Virus record (IMG/VR): IMGVR_UViG_3300047408_000067
Coordinates: 1 to 64,000 of that record
From: a virus
DNA: 64,000 nt
Direction: 5' to 3' (one strand)
Shown: piece by piece, positions 9,806 through 18,479 of the stretch
How the letters are laid out: the number at the start of each line of letters is the position of its first letter
Position numbering within the stretch: the stretch's first letter is position 1
Program-made: the position numbers and the translations under genes
Notes under the pieces: model-generated
Databases searched by the model: none
Told to the model about the DNA's origin: nothing
The model's input: only the letters and a program-made list of their open reading frames with translations

Positions 9806-9820
9806 AAAAAACCCTCCCCA

Positions 9821-10028
9821 GAAACTACCGTCTTTCTGGGGTTTCGGGCCAGAATTACAGAAACTACCGTCCCTCTGGGACTCGCGGCCAGATCGCGATC
9901 TGTGGATCGGGATCAGTAGGAGAGAGGTCAGGGATCGGGATCGCGATCAATATGAAACTACCGTCCCTCCTGTCATTCTGGCCAGAACTGAAGGAATAAG
10001 TAGCAATATAAAGGGCGAAAGTACCGTC
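9821..10028. repeat. Dispersed direct repeats GAAACTACCGTC x4 (iteron-like) plus GATC cluster
   Basis: Copies at 9821, 9860, 9954 and 10017 (1 mismatch); seven GATC in 9891-9948. Confidence 0.8.
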
Positions 10029-10258
10029 TTCTAGCAGATTCTGGCCAGATTTAGACGCTTATCATAGCTAGAGGGAGAGACTCGCACACCCAACCACTAT
10101 ATAGACTAGAATTTTCAGGTTGATTTGACTAAGAACATTGCTACTTCACTGCATGCTACTAACCATAACACTGAGGGACTAGGTAGGGACCGACCTCTTT
10201 CGCGACGACTTACAGATCAGATGCCGCCCGCGGAACGCGACCTTTACATGGTCGGATA

Positions 10259-10298
10259 TCTAGACGTGGGGTCTAGACGGGGGGTATCTAGACGGGGT
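10259..10298. repeat. TCTAGACG + G-run repeated x3
   Basis: Copies at 10259, 10272, 10287. Confidence 0.75.
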
Positions 10299-10516
10299 AT
10301 GGTCTCAAATCTAATGCAATTACTTCAGGGGCAATGTGCAAGAAACCTATGGCGAGACGCGTTAGTCTTGAATGCCACAGAGGGTTGATTGCAATATCCA
10401 GCAGGGGGGTATCTAGTGTGGTTTCCAGTTTCCTTCCTACCAAGCGACCTATTTGTACTGTGGGTAGTAGGCCTGAGAGTACCATCTTTCTAGGAAGTCT
10501 GGCCAGATTTTGGCGT

Positions 10517-10807
10517 TTACTGAGTAGTAGCTTCCGCCCGCACAACAGCGTTTGCGTCCACAAGGGTTAGGTTCTTGACCCTACATGTAATCCACACCTT
10601 GGCGATGTGTAGTTCCCGCATGCGGATCAGGTATTGCCCACACTTGAAAACATACCAGAGGCCCTCCTCTTCAAATATCTGATAGCCGTAGTAGGCTATT
10701 GTCCCCTGCGCTTCGTTGTAGAAACCCGCCAGGACCGCTTGCCTGTAGATTTCCAGACGCGTGGCCTCATTACGTAGCGCCTCAGTTGTACTGATAATGC
10801 CAGCCAT
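10517..10807 (-). CDS. Hypothetical protein
   Basis: MAGIISTT..., GAGGG RBS, TGGTATAAT -10 just upstream. Confidence 0.6.
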   Translation of the reverse strand: MAGIISTTEALRNEATRLEIYRQAVLAGFYNEAQGTIAYYGYQIFEEEGLWYVFKCGQYLIRMRELHIAKVWITCRVKNLTLVDANAVVRAEATTQ

Positions 10808-10851
10808 AGTGCCCTCGTGCATGAATTATACCATTTTCCCCATATCTACTT

Positions 10852-11268
10852 TTAGTTCCTCAGATCACCGCAATCTTGCCCACACATGCAGTTGGTCGCG
10901 CGGTAGGGGTAAAAGAGGCCAGGCATTCCAGGCTCTGATTTCTTGTCAAACTTCTCGGAATTGCACCCGTCGCAAATCATAAGCAATCCAGCCTTGATTT
11001 CCTCAGGGTCACCACACATTCCCGCCTTGCACAACGGGCAAGGAATAAGTCCCAGTGGTGGACTGTGGCACTCACATTCACAAATCTGTGGCTGAGCACT
11101 GTGGTCGCAGCAGGTGTTGGCTTCTGGGGGAGCTTGGCACTCCCCACAGTTGTACGCCCGAAAACCGACGTGGCAATCGCTGCAATACCACTTGAACTTC
11201 CCACAGGTGGGGCACGCGAGCCGCGTAAGGCTCCCGTCGTAGTGGCACGCGGTGCAGAAGTTATCCAT
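10852..11268 (-). CDS. Cys-rich zinc-finger-like protein
   Basis: Many CxxC pairs; overlaps stop of upstream ORF. Confidence 0.6.
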   Translation of the reverse strand: MDNFCTACHYDGSLTRLACPTCGKFKWYCSDCHVGFRAYNCGECQAPPEANTCCDHSAQPQICECECHSPPLGLIPCPLCKAGMCGDPEEIKAGLLMICDGCNSEKFDKKSEPGMPGLFYPYRATNCMCGQDCGDLRN

Positions 11269-11461
11269 CGATGTGTACCCTTCCTTCATTCAGCCAGGTG
11301 ACGCGGGCAGCGTTGATTGCAGGCCCCTTCACATCAGTATACAACACGAAGTAGTTGTACTTCCAGCCCTTGTTGACCATTTGAGTAAGGGCGCTCTTGC
11401 GCGCCGCCTCACTCTTGTACACCCGCCAGAGGCTGGTTTTGCTCTTTATCAGTGTTGCCAT
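11261..11461 (-). CDS. Hypothetical protein
   Basis: AGGAG RBS, MATLIKSK. Confidence 0.6.
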   Translation of the reverse strand: MATLIKSKTSLWRVYKSEAARKSALTQMVNKGWKYNYFVLYTDVKGPAINAARVTWLNEGRVHIDG

Positions 11462-11472
11462 TGTTCTCACTC

Positions 11473-11643
11473 CTAACCGTTGAAAGGGCGATTGTTATCG
11501 CCCTGTGCTGGAATTACGTTCAACATCCACGGGTTTTCTGCCACGACGCGCTTGCATCGGCGGCAGCTCGGTGCCTCACGGCACGCTTCATTGCTGCAAC
11601 CCTTTGCGGAGCAGCACGCGTCGTTGTAATCTTGCCACTGCAT
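11473..11643 (-). CDS. Small Cys-rich hypothetical protein
   Basis: GGAG RBS, MQWQDYNDACC. Confidence 0.5.
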   Translation of the reverse strand: MQWQDYNDACCSAKGCSNEACREAPSCRRCKRVVAENPWMLNVIPAQGDNNRPFNG

Positions 11644-11672
11644 GTTTCTCACTCCAGCCCGTAGACGGGGGG

Positions 11673-12119
11673 CTACTCCCCCCGTGCTTGCGGTCCTGTC
11701 TGCCCGCCCAAGTGCGGGAAACGCTTTGTTGTCGGTGCGGGGCTGCTTGGACCCTTTGGCATCACCCGCCGTTCTCCCGTCCACGGCCCCTTGGGCATTG
11801 ACGCACCCTGGTAGTCCCGCGTGGGCTTGGGCATCGGTTTCTGGCCCTTGCCGCTTGGACGGTTGGCCCTGTCGGCCGCCACTTGCTCGGGCGTGGGGTC
11901 ATACGGCTTGCTCAGCTCAGCCTGCCGCTTCTTGCTCATGGCCCGCAGCATGTTTACGAACTCTTCGTATTCCTCGGCCTCGACGTAGCCTTGGGCTTCC
12001 ATTCGGTCGACCCATGCCAGATAGCGGCCAGGGTCACTGGTTACAAATTCTGCTTTGGGGGCAGAGAACGGGCTGTCTCCCCTGCCCATACGAAACATGA
12101 AACCGTGGTACTCAGGCAT
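11673..12119 (-). CDS. Hypothetical protein
   Basis: 148-aa ORF in co-oriented array. Confidence 0.6.
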   Translation of the reverse strand: MPEYHGFMFRMGRGDSPFSAPKAEFVTSDPGRYLAWVDRMEAQGYVEAEEYEEFVNMLRAMSKKRQAELSKPYDPTPEQVAADRANRPSGKGQKPMPKPTRDYQGASMPKGPWTGERRVMPKGPSSPAPTTKRFPHLGGQTGPQARGE

Positions 12120-12283
12120 TAGACCTTACCATTTCTATACGCAGGCCCACTGCGCCCATGCCGCGTATGAAAACCTTTTTTGGGCACACTACATTTTGCC
12201 CCATGGAAGCTTCTTGCTGCAATCCCTTGCTGAACCTGTGCCGAGTGTAGAAAGGGGGGCCTTTCGACCCCCCAGACCAGGGG

Positions 12284-12496
12284 CTACTTCGCCTCCAGCG
12301 CCTGCTCAATTGCATTGAGCGCATTGAAAGCAAACATCATACCGACCTGCTTTTGGTTCGCAAGGAACCATGCACGCATCGTATACAGCTCCAACCTTGG
12401 GCGCAGTTTCAGCGCTTCCACTTCCACGTTGTACATGAACCACTCCTGGCGCAGCGCCCCTTGGGGCCGCGTGAATATCCCACACCTGCCGCGCAC
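12284..12496 (-). CDS. Hypothetical protein (possibly leaderless GTG start)
   Basis: GTG 5 nt after class-B -10 box; hairpin/T-run at ~12251-12273 downstream. Confidence 0.5.
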   Translation of the reverse strand: MRGRCGIFTRPQGALRQEWFMYNVEVEALKLRPRLELYTMRAWFLANQKQVGMMFAFNALNAIEQALEAK

Positions 12497-12501
12497 GCCT
12501 A

Positions 12502-12523
12502 AGTATGCCACGTGGAAGCGTCT
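12502..12523 (-). promoter_or_regulatory. Class-B promoter AGACGCT-N9-CATACT
   Basis: Intergenic; motif repeated at 14904, 16801, 17941, 25154 and others. Confidence 0.7.
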
Positions 12524-12709
12524 TTAGGCCATCTTGGGAGTGGCACGCTCCAATATCTGCAGAGCAATGTCTGCACCTGTGATTACGGTGGCTTCTACTG
12601 ATTCCAGTTTTACTTGCCTATCACCGAGTGCGGCCAAGAACAGCTTGGCAATCTCAATGTCCGCACTGCGGAACGCAGTGGCTGGTCCCACATGAATTTC
12701 AAGTTTCAT
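12524..12709 (-). CDS. Hypothetical protein
   Basis: AAGGAG RBS, 61 aa. Confidence 0.6.
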   Translation of the reverse strand: MKLEIHVGPATAFRSADIEIAKLFLAALGDRQVKLESVEATVITGADIALQILERATPKMA

Positions 12710-12839
12710 TTCTCACTCCTTTATGATAGGGTCATGGACGACCCTATCGCGCCAGATTTTACGAGTTGGTCTTATCGTAAAATAGAACCAACAATGTCCC
12801 AGCCAATGCGAACAGGACAAATACGGTGTGTGGTTCCAT

Positions 12840-13340
12840 CTATGTGCCGTAGTATGTGATGTGGACGGCCGTGACGTAGGCCCCAAGCGTGCGGTCCCAC
12901 GCTTCCATGTAGATGTTGCCGTCATTGGAACTAATACCGATGGTGGCCTGAGTGCAACCATGAGATTGGGCCACTAAGAGCGCACCGTAAATCCAGCCCG
13001 CACCCACGCGATAGCCGTCGTACTCAAGCACGCTAGCTGGTGGGTCGTCGTCTTGGAACTGGCTTGGCACGAAGTTCTTCATCTGGATGTAGTTGTCCAG
13101 AATCAACTGTGCCACTTCTGCGATTGGGCCGTGTGCCCCATCACCATCGTCCACGAGCACGTCGCTGTCAGCCACATCTGCGTCGATGAACTTGGCCGTT
13201 ACTTCAGGCGTGCCGTTGGGGTAGACGTACAAGAAGCACGATTGCCCGTGCCTCTCTACACCTTGGGCATTGACCACGTTTCCCATCATGGCCCACAGTT
13301 CTTTCGTGGTGTTGCCCTTGAATTCTTCTACCTTACGCAA
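12840..13340 (-). CDS. Hypothetical protein
   Basis: 166 aa, AGGAG RBS, TTG start. Confidence 0.65.
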   Translation of the reverse strand: MRKVEEFKGNTTKELWAMMGNVVNAQGVERHGQSCFLYVYPNGTPEVTAKFIDADVADSDVLVDDGDGAHGPIAEVAQLILDNYIQMKNFVPSQFQDDDPPASVLEYDGYRVGAGWIYGALLVAQSHGCTQATIGISSNDGNIYMEAWDRTLGAYVTAVHITYYGT

Positions 13341-13653
13341 GACCCAACTCCTTTAGCTTTTCTTGCAGATGTTTGAGTGCCACTGCGCGCTCTGGCTGAG
13401 CACCCAGGTATTTCAGCCAGTACTCAATTTCACTGCGCATGGTCTTATCATTACTGAACCATGTGGTGGCACCCAACTCCTGCGACAATGCCACCCACGC
13501 TGGTGACATGGGCTTTCCGTCCACCGTGAGTTTGGGGCCGTTCTGGTCGCAATCACGTGGGCACTGCCCATCAGGGCAGGTGCTCCCACACGTGAAGCAC
13601 CGACCCTGCACATTGTCACCCAGATTTGGGTAACGCTGGTTACGAACTACCAT
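13333..13653 (-). CDS. Hypothetical protein with CxxC
   Basis: AGGAG RBS, 106 aa. Confidence 0.6.
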   Translation of the reverse strand: MVVRNQRYPNLGDNVQGRCFTCGSTCPDGQCPRDCDQNGPKLTVDGKPMSPAWVALSQELGATTWFSNDKTMRSEIEYWLKYLGAQPERAVALKHLQEKLKELGLA

Positions 13654-13663
13654 GTACTTGCTC

Positions 13664-13898
13664 CTAGTACCCGATGCTTGCGAAGGTGATGGTGTTGACC
13701 GTTTCCCACAACTGCTGGATGTTGGTTATTTCCAGCCCTTGCAGGTAGTCACCTTCATACGCCTGAGTGATGAGTGCCACCGCGCAATTGAGGCAGAACG
13801 CATTCTCCCCTCCAGGGACCAACACGTACTGGCTGCCCTCACCCAACGGGGTGCTATCCAACGGGCACTCGGTTGGAACAAACGTTTCTGTTTCCATT
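13664..13898 (-). CDS. Hypothetical protein
   Basis: AAGGAG RBS before METETF (start approximate). Confidence 0.55.
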
Positions 13899-13901
13899 GT
13901 C

Positions 13902-14229
13902 TCACTCCTTGCCGTCACATATGTGACAGTACCCTGGGCCATCACAGTCGGGCCGCAGGAAATCTAACATGACCTGGGCAAAATTCCAGGCCTCCAGCCA
14001 GAGCAGATAGGCCACCCACCACTGAAGCTGCGCTTGCAGCTCCAGGTCGGGGCCAGTCTCATCGTACTCGGCTACCACTTCGCGGCCGTTGCGGCGCGAG
14101 AGTTTAGCCATTCTACGCTTTTCCCAACGATAGGGCGTGTTGGCTGGACGCCAACCCTGCGTTCCATCGAAATGGGTAATCTCCTTGTAGTGGAGATTTA
14201 CACTAAACTCAAGCGCCAAACGCACCATA
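13902..14229 (-). CDS. Hypothetical protein
   Basis: AGGAG RBS before MVRLALE (start approximate); promoter and 5' hairpin upstream. Confidence 0.55.
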
Positions 14230-14325
14230 CTCACACTCCTATGCCCGCAGGCTTTCATAGCGGCCACCTGGGGCCGCTAGGCACATTATGCGGCCTAGAA
14301 TATCTTGCGTGCAATCCCGCGGTGA

Positions 14326-14706
14326 CTAACTGCGAGGCCCGATTATGGTTTTCTCGGTGCATGGACCACAACGCCAGTCGCCCATCCAGTACACCCACCC
14401 GTTCTTGTAGTTGCCCTGATACCACCAGTAGCAGTCTTCCTCATACTCCCGTTGGGGTTCTACATTGAATGGGACAAATCTGTGGTTGATGCCATCACAT
14501 ACCACTGATGGCTGCCCATTCTGCCATTCGAACACCATAGGCCCAGGACTGCAGAAGCTGTTGCACGCCAGGACTGGGAACCACTTGTTGTCGTTGTTGT
14601 AGACCACGGACGTATCCGTGGCCCCACACAAATCACACTGCGCGGTGTCTGGTTCGGCTACCGTGAAACTACCGATAGCCTGGTGTTCATCTCCCAGTAC
14701 CTGCAT
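14326..14706 (-). CDS. Cys-containing hypothetical protein
   Basis: 126 aa, TAATG coupling to upstream ORF. Confidence 0.6.
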   Translation of the reverse strand: MQVLGDEHQAIGSFTVAEPDTAQCDLCGATDTSVVYNNDNKWFPVLACNSFCSPGPMVFEWQNGQPSVVCDGINHRFVPFNVEPQREYEEDCYWWYQGNYKNGWVYWMGDWRCGPCTEKTIIGPRS

Positions 14707-14861
14707 TAGTCGGTGTTAGCCGCCTCGTATTCTGCATCGAGCAGCGCCTGGGTGACTTCCGGGTTCTTGCCCTGGGCGACCCAGACCTGGCGGACCTTGA
14801 GCCAAGCTTGCAGCTTGGGCGTGAGCGGTTCTTGGGGCGGGAGCGTTTTAGCAGTTGCCAT
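14706..14861 (-). CDS. Hypothetical 51-aa protein
   Basis: MATAKTLPPQEPLTPKLQAWLKVRQVW...; first gene after promoter 14904; not in ORF track. Confidence 0.6.
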   Translation of the reverse strand: MATAKTLPPQEPLTPKLQAWLKVRQVWVAQGKNPEVTQALLDAEYEAANTD

Positions 14862-14903
14862 GAATGTAGCCCTTTCTTAGGCCGTACCTAGTGCGGCAAG
14901 CAC

Positions 14904-14925
14904 ATTATGCCACACGGAAGCCTCT
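14904..14925 (-). promoter_or_regulatory. Class-B promoter AGAGGCT-N9-CATAAT
   Basis: Same motif family. Confidence 0.7.
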
Positions 14926-15184
14926 TGGGGCACTCACACCAGGATTAGAAATCCCGCCATTGATCCCGACCTAAGTCTTATTTCTATATATCACAATCAC
15001 TAAAAGATGGCCAGATTTTAGCCAAGACACCTTGGCTGCGGGTACCCTTGCTAGTGTGCCCAAAACAGGCCTCCAGACACGTCGCCAGTGCTGCGCGTAG
15101 CAAGCAAGCACTACCAGTACCACCCCGCATATGGGATAAGCTGTGACGGCTTGGCGAGCCATAGGTTTCTTGACGTATGGAGGC

Positions 15185-15210
15185 AAAAAAGAAAGGACGT
15201 TAGTCCTTTC
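15185..15210 (-). terminator. Intrinsic terminator
   Basis: GAAAGGAC-TAAC-GTCCTTTC-TTTTTT on - strand, overlapping stop codon. Confidence 0.75.
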
Positions 15211-15586
15211 TCTCCTCCCCATAAGGCTCGAACGTGACAATCTTGTTGCCGACGTTGCCCACCTGGTCCAGAATAAGCATGCCAATCACGCCCTCCTGGT
15301 AGACGGTAAGCTTCTCGGTAAGCACCAGCCTGACCTGCTCCAATGTCATGCCGCCCATTGCATCGGTCATGCCAGTCTTGTCGTCCAGATTGTTGAACAA
15401 GTACTCGGTGCCCCGCCCATTGCATCGGCCGCAAATATCCGCATCGTTGGGTTCCAGCCCGAACCCGCCATCACCGTGACAACTGCGGCACACGCGGTCA
15501 ATGTTGACGAAGAAGTGCTGGAGGGGGCGGTCCCACCCTACCAGCACTTCCCAGCCGTCGGTTGTCGGCCACTTGTATTGCGTCAT
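15200..15586 (-). CDS. Hypothetical protein with DnaJ-type CxxCxGxG zinc motif
   Basis: CRSCHGDG...CGRCNGRG; start at MTQYKW by TAATG coupling. Confidence 0.65.
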   Translation of the reverse strand: MTQYKWPTTDGWEVLVGWDRPLQHFFVNIDRVCRSCHGDGGFGLEPNDADICGRCNGRGTEYLFNNLDDKTGMTDAMGGMTLEQVRLVLTEKLTVYQEGVIGMLILDQVGNVGNKIVTFEPYGEERKD

Positions 15587-16194
15587 TACCCCAACCCGTT
15601 GACCGTGGACTCGAATTCGTTCAGCAACTGGCGCACGCCGTTGATGTTCTTGAGCAGTTCCTCCTTCAGGGCAATGGGTGCCCGAACGCTGCCGTCGTTG
15701 CAGTGCAGTTCGATGGTCTCGTTCATGCCCTGCTGGCAGAGCAGCAGCGCGTAGGTGTGGTCGGTGAGTTTGTCCTGCATGTCCATCTCTTGCTCCTTCG
15801 AAGTGTAGCGCTCGGGCTGGTGCAACCCATCGTTCTCGTGGGCGTCCCAATCGATTTGTACCAGGTCGGCACCTTGACCACCGAATGCACGCAGCAGGTC
15901 TTGCTCAGACATAGCCACTGCACGACCAAACGCCTCTGCGGCGTTGGCATACCGCTGGTTCACGTTGTTGTGGAACTGCCAAAACTCCCAGTCCGTGTTG
16001 TCAATGGCATTGAGCAGGTCGGACATCTCATCGTTGCCATTGCGCGTGTCGGCCTCCATGTCCAGGCCGTACAGTTCAATGTAGTCACCCCTGCGCGTAA
16101 GCATCTCATCGTATGCCATTTCCCGCGCCGCGTGGGCAAGCCTGTACTCCACGTACAGGCTGACCAGCGTGTTGTTCCCCGAAATGTCCAGCAT
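15586..16194 (-). CDS. Hypothetical protein
   Basis: 202-aa acidic ORF, translationally coupled. Confidence 0.7.
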   Translation of the reverse strand: MLDISGNNTLVSLYVEYRLAHAAREMAYDEMLTRRGDYIELYGLDMEADTRNGNDEMSDLLNAIDNTDWEFWQFHNNVNQRYANAAEAFGRAVAMSEQDLLRAFGGQGADLVQIDWDAHENDGLHQPERYTSKEQEMDMQDKLTDHTYALLLCQQGMNETIELHCNDGSVRAPIALKEELLKNINGVRQLLNEFESTVNGLG

Positions 16195-16553
16195 TACTTC
16201 AACTTTCTAACCACGTAGGTGCTCTCGTTGCCTTGAGCAGTCATGCGAATGTTGCGTTCCTTCCGCATCTGGTACTCGGTGCCGCGCACCACTTCGCTTT
16301 CAACTTCCTTGCCATCGACAAGGCTAACGTCACGGCGCACCAGCACATGGGTCGCATCCGACGTGGCCGTGAGAATGGCTGGTTCCTGGACCAACACCGC
16401 AGTCTCCTCGACAACCTCATGCGTGTGGGTGTGCTCAGCGGCACTGCCGTTCACAAACGCCTGCATGCTGATGCGGCGACCCGCCCTAATGTCGGCACGG
16501 ACTTTGGCCCGCTTCTGGGCGTGCTTGACGCGCCCTGCAATCCTGCGGTTCAC
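16194..16553 (-). CDS. Hypothetical protein
   Basis: 119 aa, coupled. Confidence 0.65.
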   Translation of the reverse strand: MNRRIAGRVKHAQKRAKVRADIRAGRRISMQAFVNGSAAEHTHTHEVVEETAVLVQEPAILTATSDATHVLVRRDVSLVDGKEVESEVVRGTEYQMRKERNIRMTAQGNESTYVVRKLK

Positions 16554-16750
16554 AGTTTCCTTCTCCAGCCGTCCTGCACGGCGAGCAGCACCATCATTGT
16601 GAGCTGCGGTTTGGTCTTGGCAACCAGTACCAGATTGCCCTTGACCGCTACACTCTTGTAGTAGTCATTGCCGAGGTAGCACCCAATCAGTTCATTGCCC
16701 GCCTGCCAACGATGCAGGGTAACACTGAACGTGGGCATGTCTTGCGCCAT
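16550..16750 (-). CDS. Hypothetical protein
   Basis: AAGGAG RBS before MAQDMPTF. Confidence 0.6.
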   Translation of the reverse strand: MAQDMPTFSVTLHRWQAGNELIGCYLGNDYYKSVAVKGNLVLVAKTKPQLTMMVLLAVQDGWRRKL

Positions 16751-16800
16751 TTCCACTCCTTGTACCCGTTTCATAGTGTTGTGCCTAGTGGCACACCCAA

Positions 16801-16822
16801 AGTATGCCACACAGAACACTCT
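16801..16822 (-). promoter_or_regulatory. Class-B promoter AGAGTGT-N9-CATACT
   Basis: Same motif family; GTGCC-ACTA-GGCAC hairpin at predicted start. Confidence 0.65.
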
Positions 16823-16833
16823 ACCTGCTATCC

Positions 16834-17025
16834 CTAGTGGAGTGTCGCTGAACGTAGTGCGACGGGCAGGTTCTCCACAAACCATTCCTTGGTTTGCTCG
16901 GCATTCAAGCCCTGGCGGTGCAGTCGGCGCACCAAGCGCACCAGATCGTCCTTGGACCTGGCTGCCATCTCCTCTGGGGTGAGAGGCCGCACAATCCTGC
17001 TGGTGCCGCGGACCTTAGCGATCAC
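16834..17025 (-). CDS. Hypothetical protein
   Basis: 63 aa, GTGA overlap. Confidence 0.55.
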   Translation of the reverse strand: MIAKVRGTSRIVRPLTPEEMAARSKDDLVRLVRRLHRQGLNAEQTKEWFVENLPVALRSATLH

Positions 17026-17357
17026 GCCTGCACCCCCACTGGAAAGCTAGCTAGCTCTTCGAGCGCCTTGGCATCCCACTTGGCAGGCGCTTCGCTCTCA
17101 CACTTGAAAGCGTAGTCGATGGCCGCAGGCTTGGTGCGGTCATAGTGACAGACTACCTCGTGGTAGCCGTAGTTCCCGTCGCGGGTAAATTTGAGGGACA
17201 GCCGTGCTCCATCCGGTTCCTCTCCCAGGGCACGCCGCAGGAGGGCCTTGAACGCATGGCACTCCGCTCTCATGCGTTCATAGTTCGTGCCAGAAACGTT
17301 GGCCTGTTCGCACTTTTCCTCGTCGGGTGCGCTGCCAATCTCAATGTAGTCCAACAT
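17022..17357 (-). CDS. Hypothetical phage protein
   Basis: MLDYIEIGSAPDEEKCEQ...YHEVVCHYD; coupled to upstream ORF. Confidence 0.65.
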   Translation of the reverse strand: MLDYIEIGSAPDEEKCEQANVSGTNYERMRAECHAFKALLRRALGEEPDGARLSLKFTRDGNYGYHEVVCHYDRTKPAAIDYAFKCESEAPAKWDAKALEELASFPVGVQA

Positions 17358-17533
17358 CAGCGGTTTGGCTCCTCGTCGCTTTCCTGCACTTCCCACTCAG
17401 TTACGAGTGTCCAGCGCATGAACAGGCCCTCGCCCCACTCCTTGGCGGCAGCTTCGGTGGCGAAGCGCACACCGTTGCTGACCCAATCTTTGTCATTGGC
17501 CGTTTTTACGGCCACCTTGAAACTCTTTGCCAT
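17357..17533 (-). CDS. Hypothetical phage protein
   Basis: MAKSFKVAVK...WVSNGVRFATEAAAK; AGGAG RBS. Confidence 0.65.
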   Translation of the reverse strand: MAKSFKVAVKTANDKDWVSNGVRFATEAAAKEWGEGLFMRWTLVTEWEVQESDEEPNR

Positions 17534-17901
17534 TAGATTACTCCTGGATTGAGGCATTGCCAGCCTGAACCAATGCAGAGCCATACGGTCTCATTGCTGA
17601 GCAATACAATGTCGCCCATGGACATGGTGCGCTCGTTGTAGACAGCCTTGTTCGCGTATGGGTTGTTCCCCTGCGCGTAGTACGCTTTGTCACACAGGAC
17701 AATCTGGCTGTCATCGGCGACCACGGGAACGTAGTACATCTTGTACATTCCCTGCGCCATGTACCAGATTGCCCTGGCTGGAAACTTCTTGTCAAAGTAG
17801 ACGTCCGAGCCTGGGCGCTGGTTGAAACGCTCAGCGCACATCTCCCAGTCCAGTATACCTACCTGGACCACAACTATGTCCACACTTGCTTCTGTAGCCA
17901 T
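17533..17901 (-). CDS. YodL-like domain protein
   Basis: RTMSMGDIVLL...WLC..GW resembles the YodL RSxSVGDVV motif. Confidence 0.5.
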   Translation of the reverse strand: MATEASVDIVVVQVGILDWEMCAERFNQRPGSDVYFDKKFPARAIWYMAQGMYKMYYVPVVADDSQIVLCDKAYYAQGNNPYANKAVYNERTMSMGDIVLLSNETVWLCIGSGWQCLNPGVI

Positions 17902-17940
17902 CTTGCCACTCCTATACGGCAGCTATGGTGCCGCAGCCAC

Positions 17941-17961
17941 AGTATGCCACAGGGAGCGTCT
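17941..17961 (-). promoter_or_regulatory. Class-B promoter AGACGCT-N8-CATACT
   Basis: Same motif family; TGCGGCA/TGCCGTA hairpin follows. Confidence 0.7.
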
Positions 17962-18232
17962 AACGCGCCATCCTGTTGAGAACGATTGTTGCCGTCTGGG
18001 ACACTTGCTCGATAAGCCTGATCCAGTGCGGCGGCATCGACTGAGTGCCTGCCAGAGGACGCGCATCGAACAGGTAGTTCCCGCCCTTACCAGCATGGCT
18101 TTCGGTGGTCTCACGGCCAAGGTAGTCCATGATAGAGAACCTGGCCCTGCGCTCCGTATCCGACCTGTGCCAGATACGATAGCGCTTGCCAATTTCCATC
18201 TCCTCAGGCTTCATGTTCAACCACCTGCCCAA
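17960..18232 (-). CDS. Hypothetical protein
   Basis: 90-aa ORF, start uncertain. Confidence 0.55.
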   Translation of the reverse strand: MGRWLNMKPEEMEIGKRYRIWHRSDTERRARFSIMDYLGRETTESHAGKGGNYLFDARPLAGTQSMPPHWIRLIEQVSQTATIVLNRMAR

Positions 18233-18479
18233 TAGTCCTTTCCCTCGACAGATTGTAAGCAGCTACGTGGTACTTGACTGCCCACTCCATAAGAGTCTGG
18301 TGCAGCAGGTACGCCTGAAATGGATCAAGCGTGATATGGTGCAGCATCTCGACCTCTTGGCTACGGGTTTCTATATCCTTAGCCATGATCTCGATGTGCA
18401 GGGCACCTTCGTCTGCGTAGAGGTTCAGGCTCTCTGTGTACCGAATGTTGCTGATTGGTTGGTAGGCCGTTACGCTCAT
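18204..18479 (-). CDS. Hypothetical protein
   Basis: 91 aa, ATGA overlap with helicase. Confidence 0.55.
   Translation of the reverse strand: MSVTAYQPISNIRYTESLNLYADEGALHIEIMAKDIETRSQEVEMLHHITLDPFQAYLLHQTLMEWAVKYHVAAYNLSRERTIGQVVEHEA

Noticed and set aside
9540-10034. ORFs with SEISEI or FRKF repeats
   Set aside because: Open in several frames only because the 9-bp repeat lacks stops; no convincing RBS
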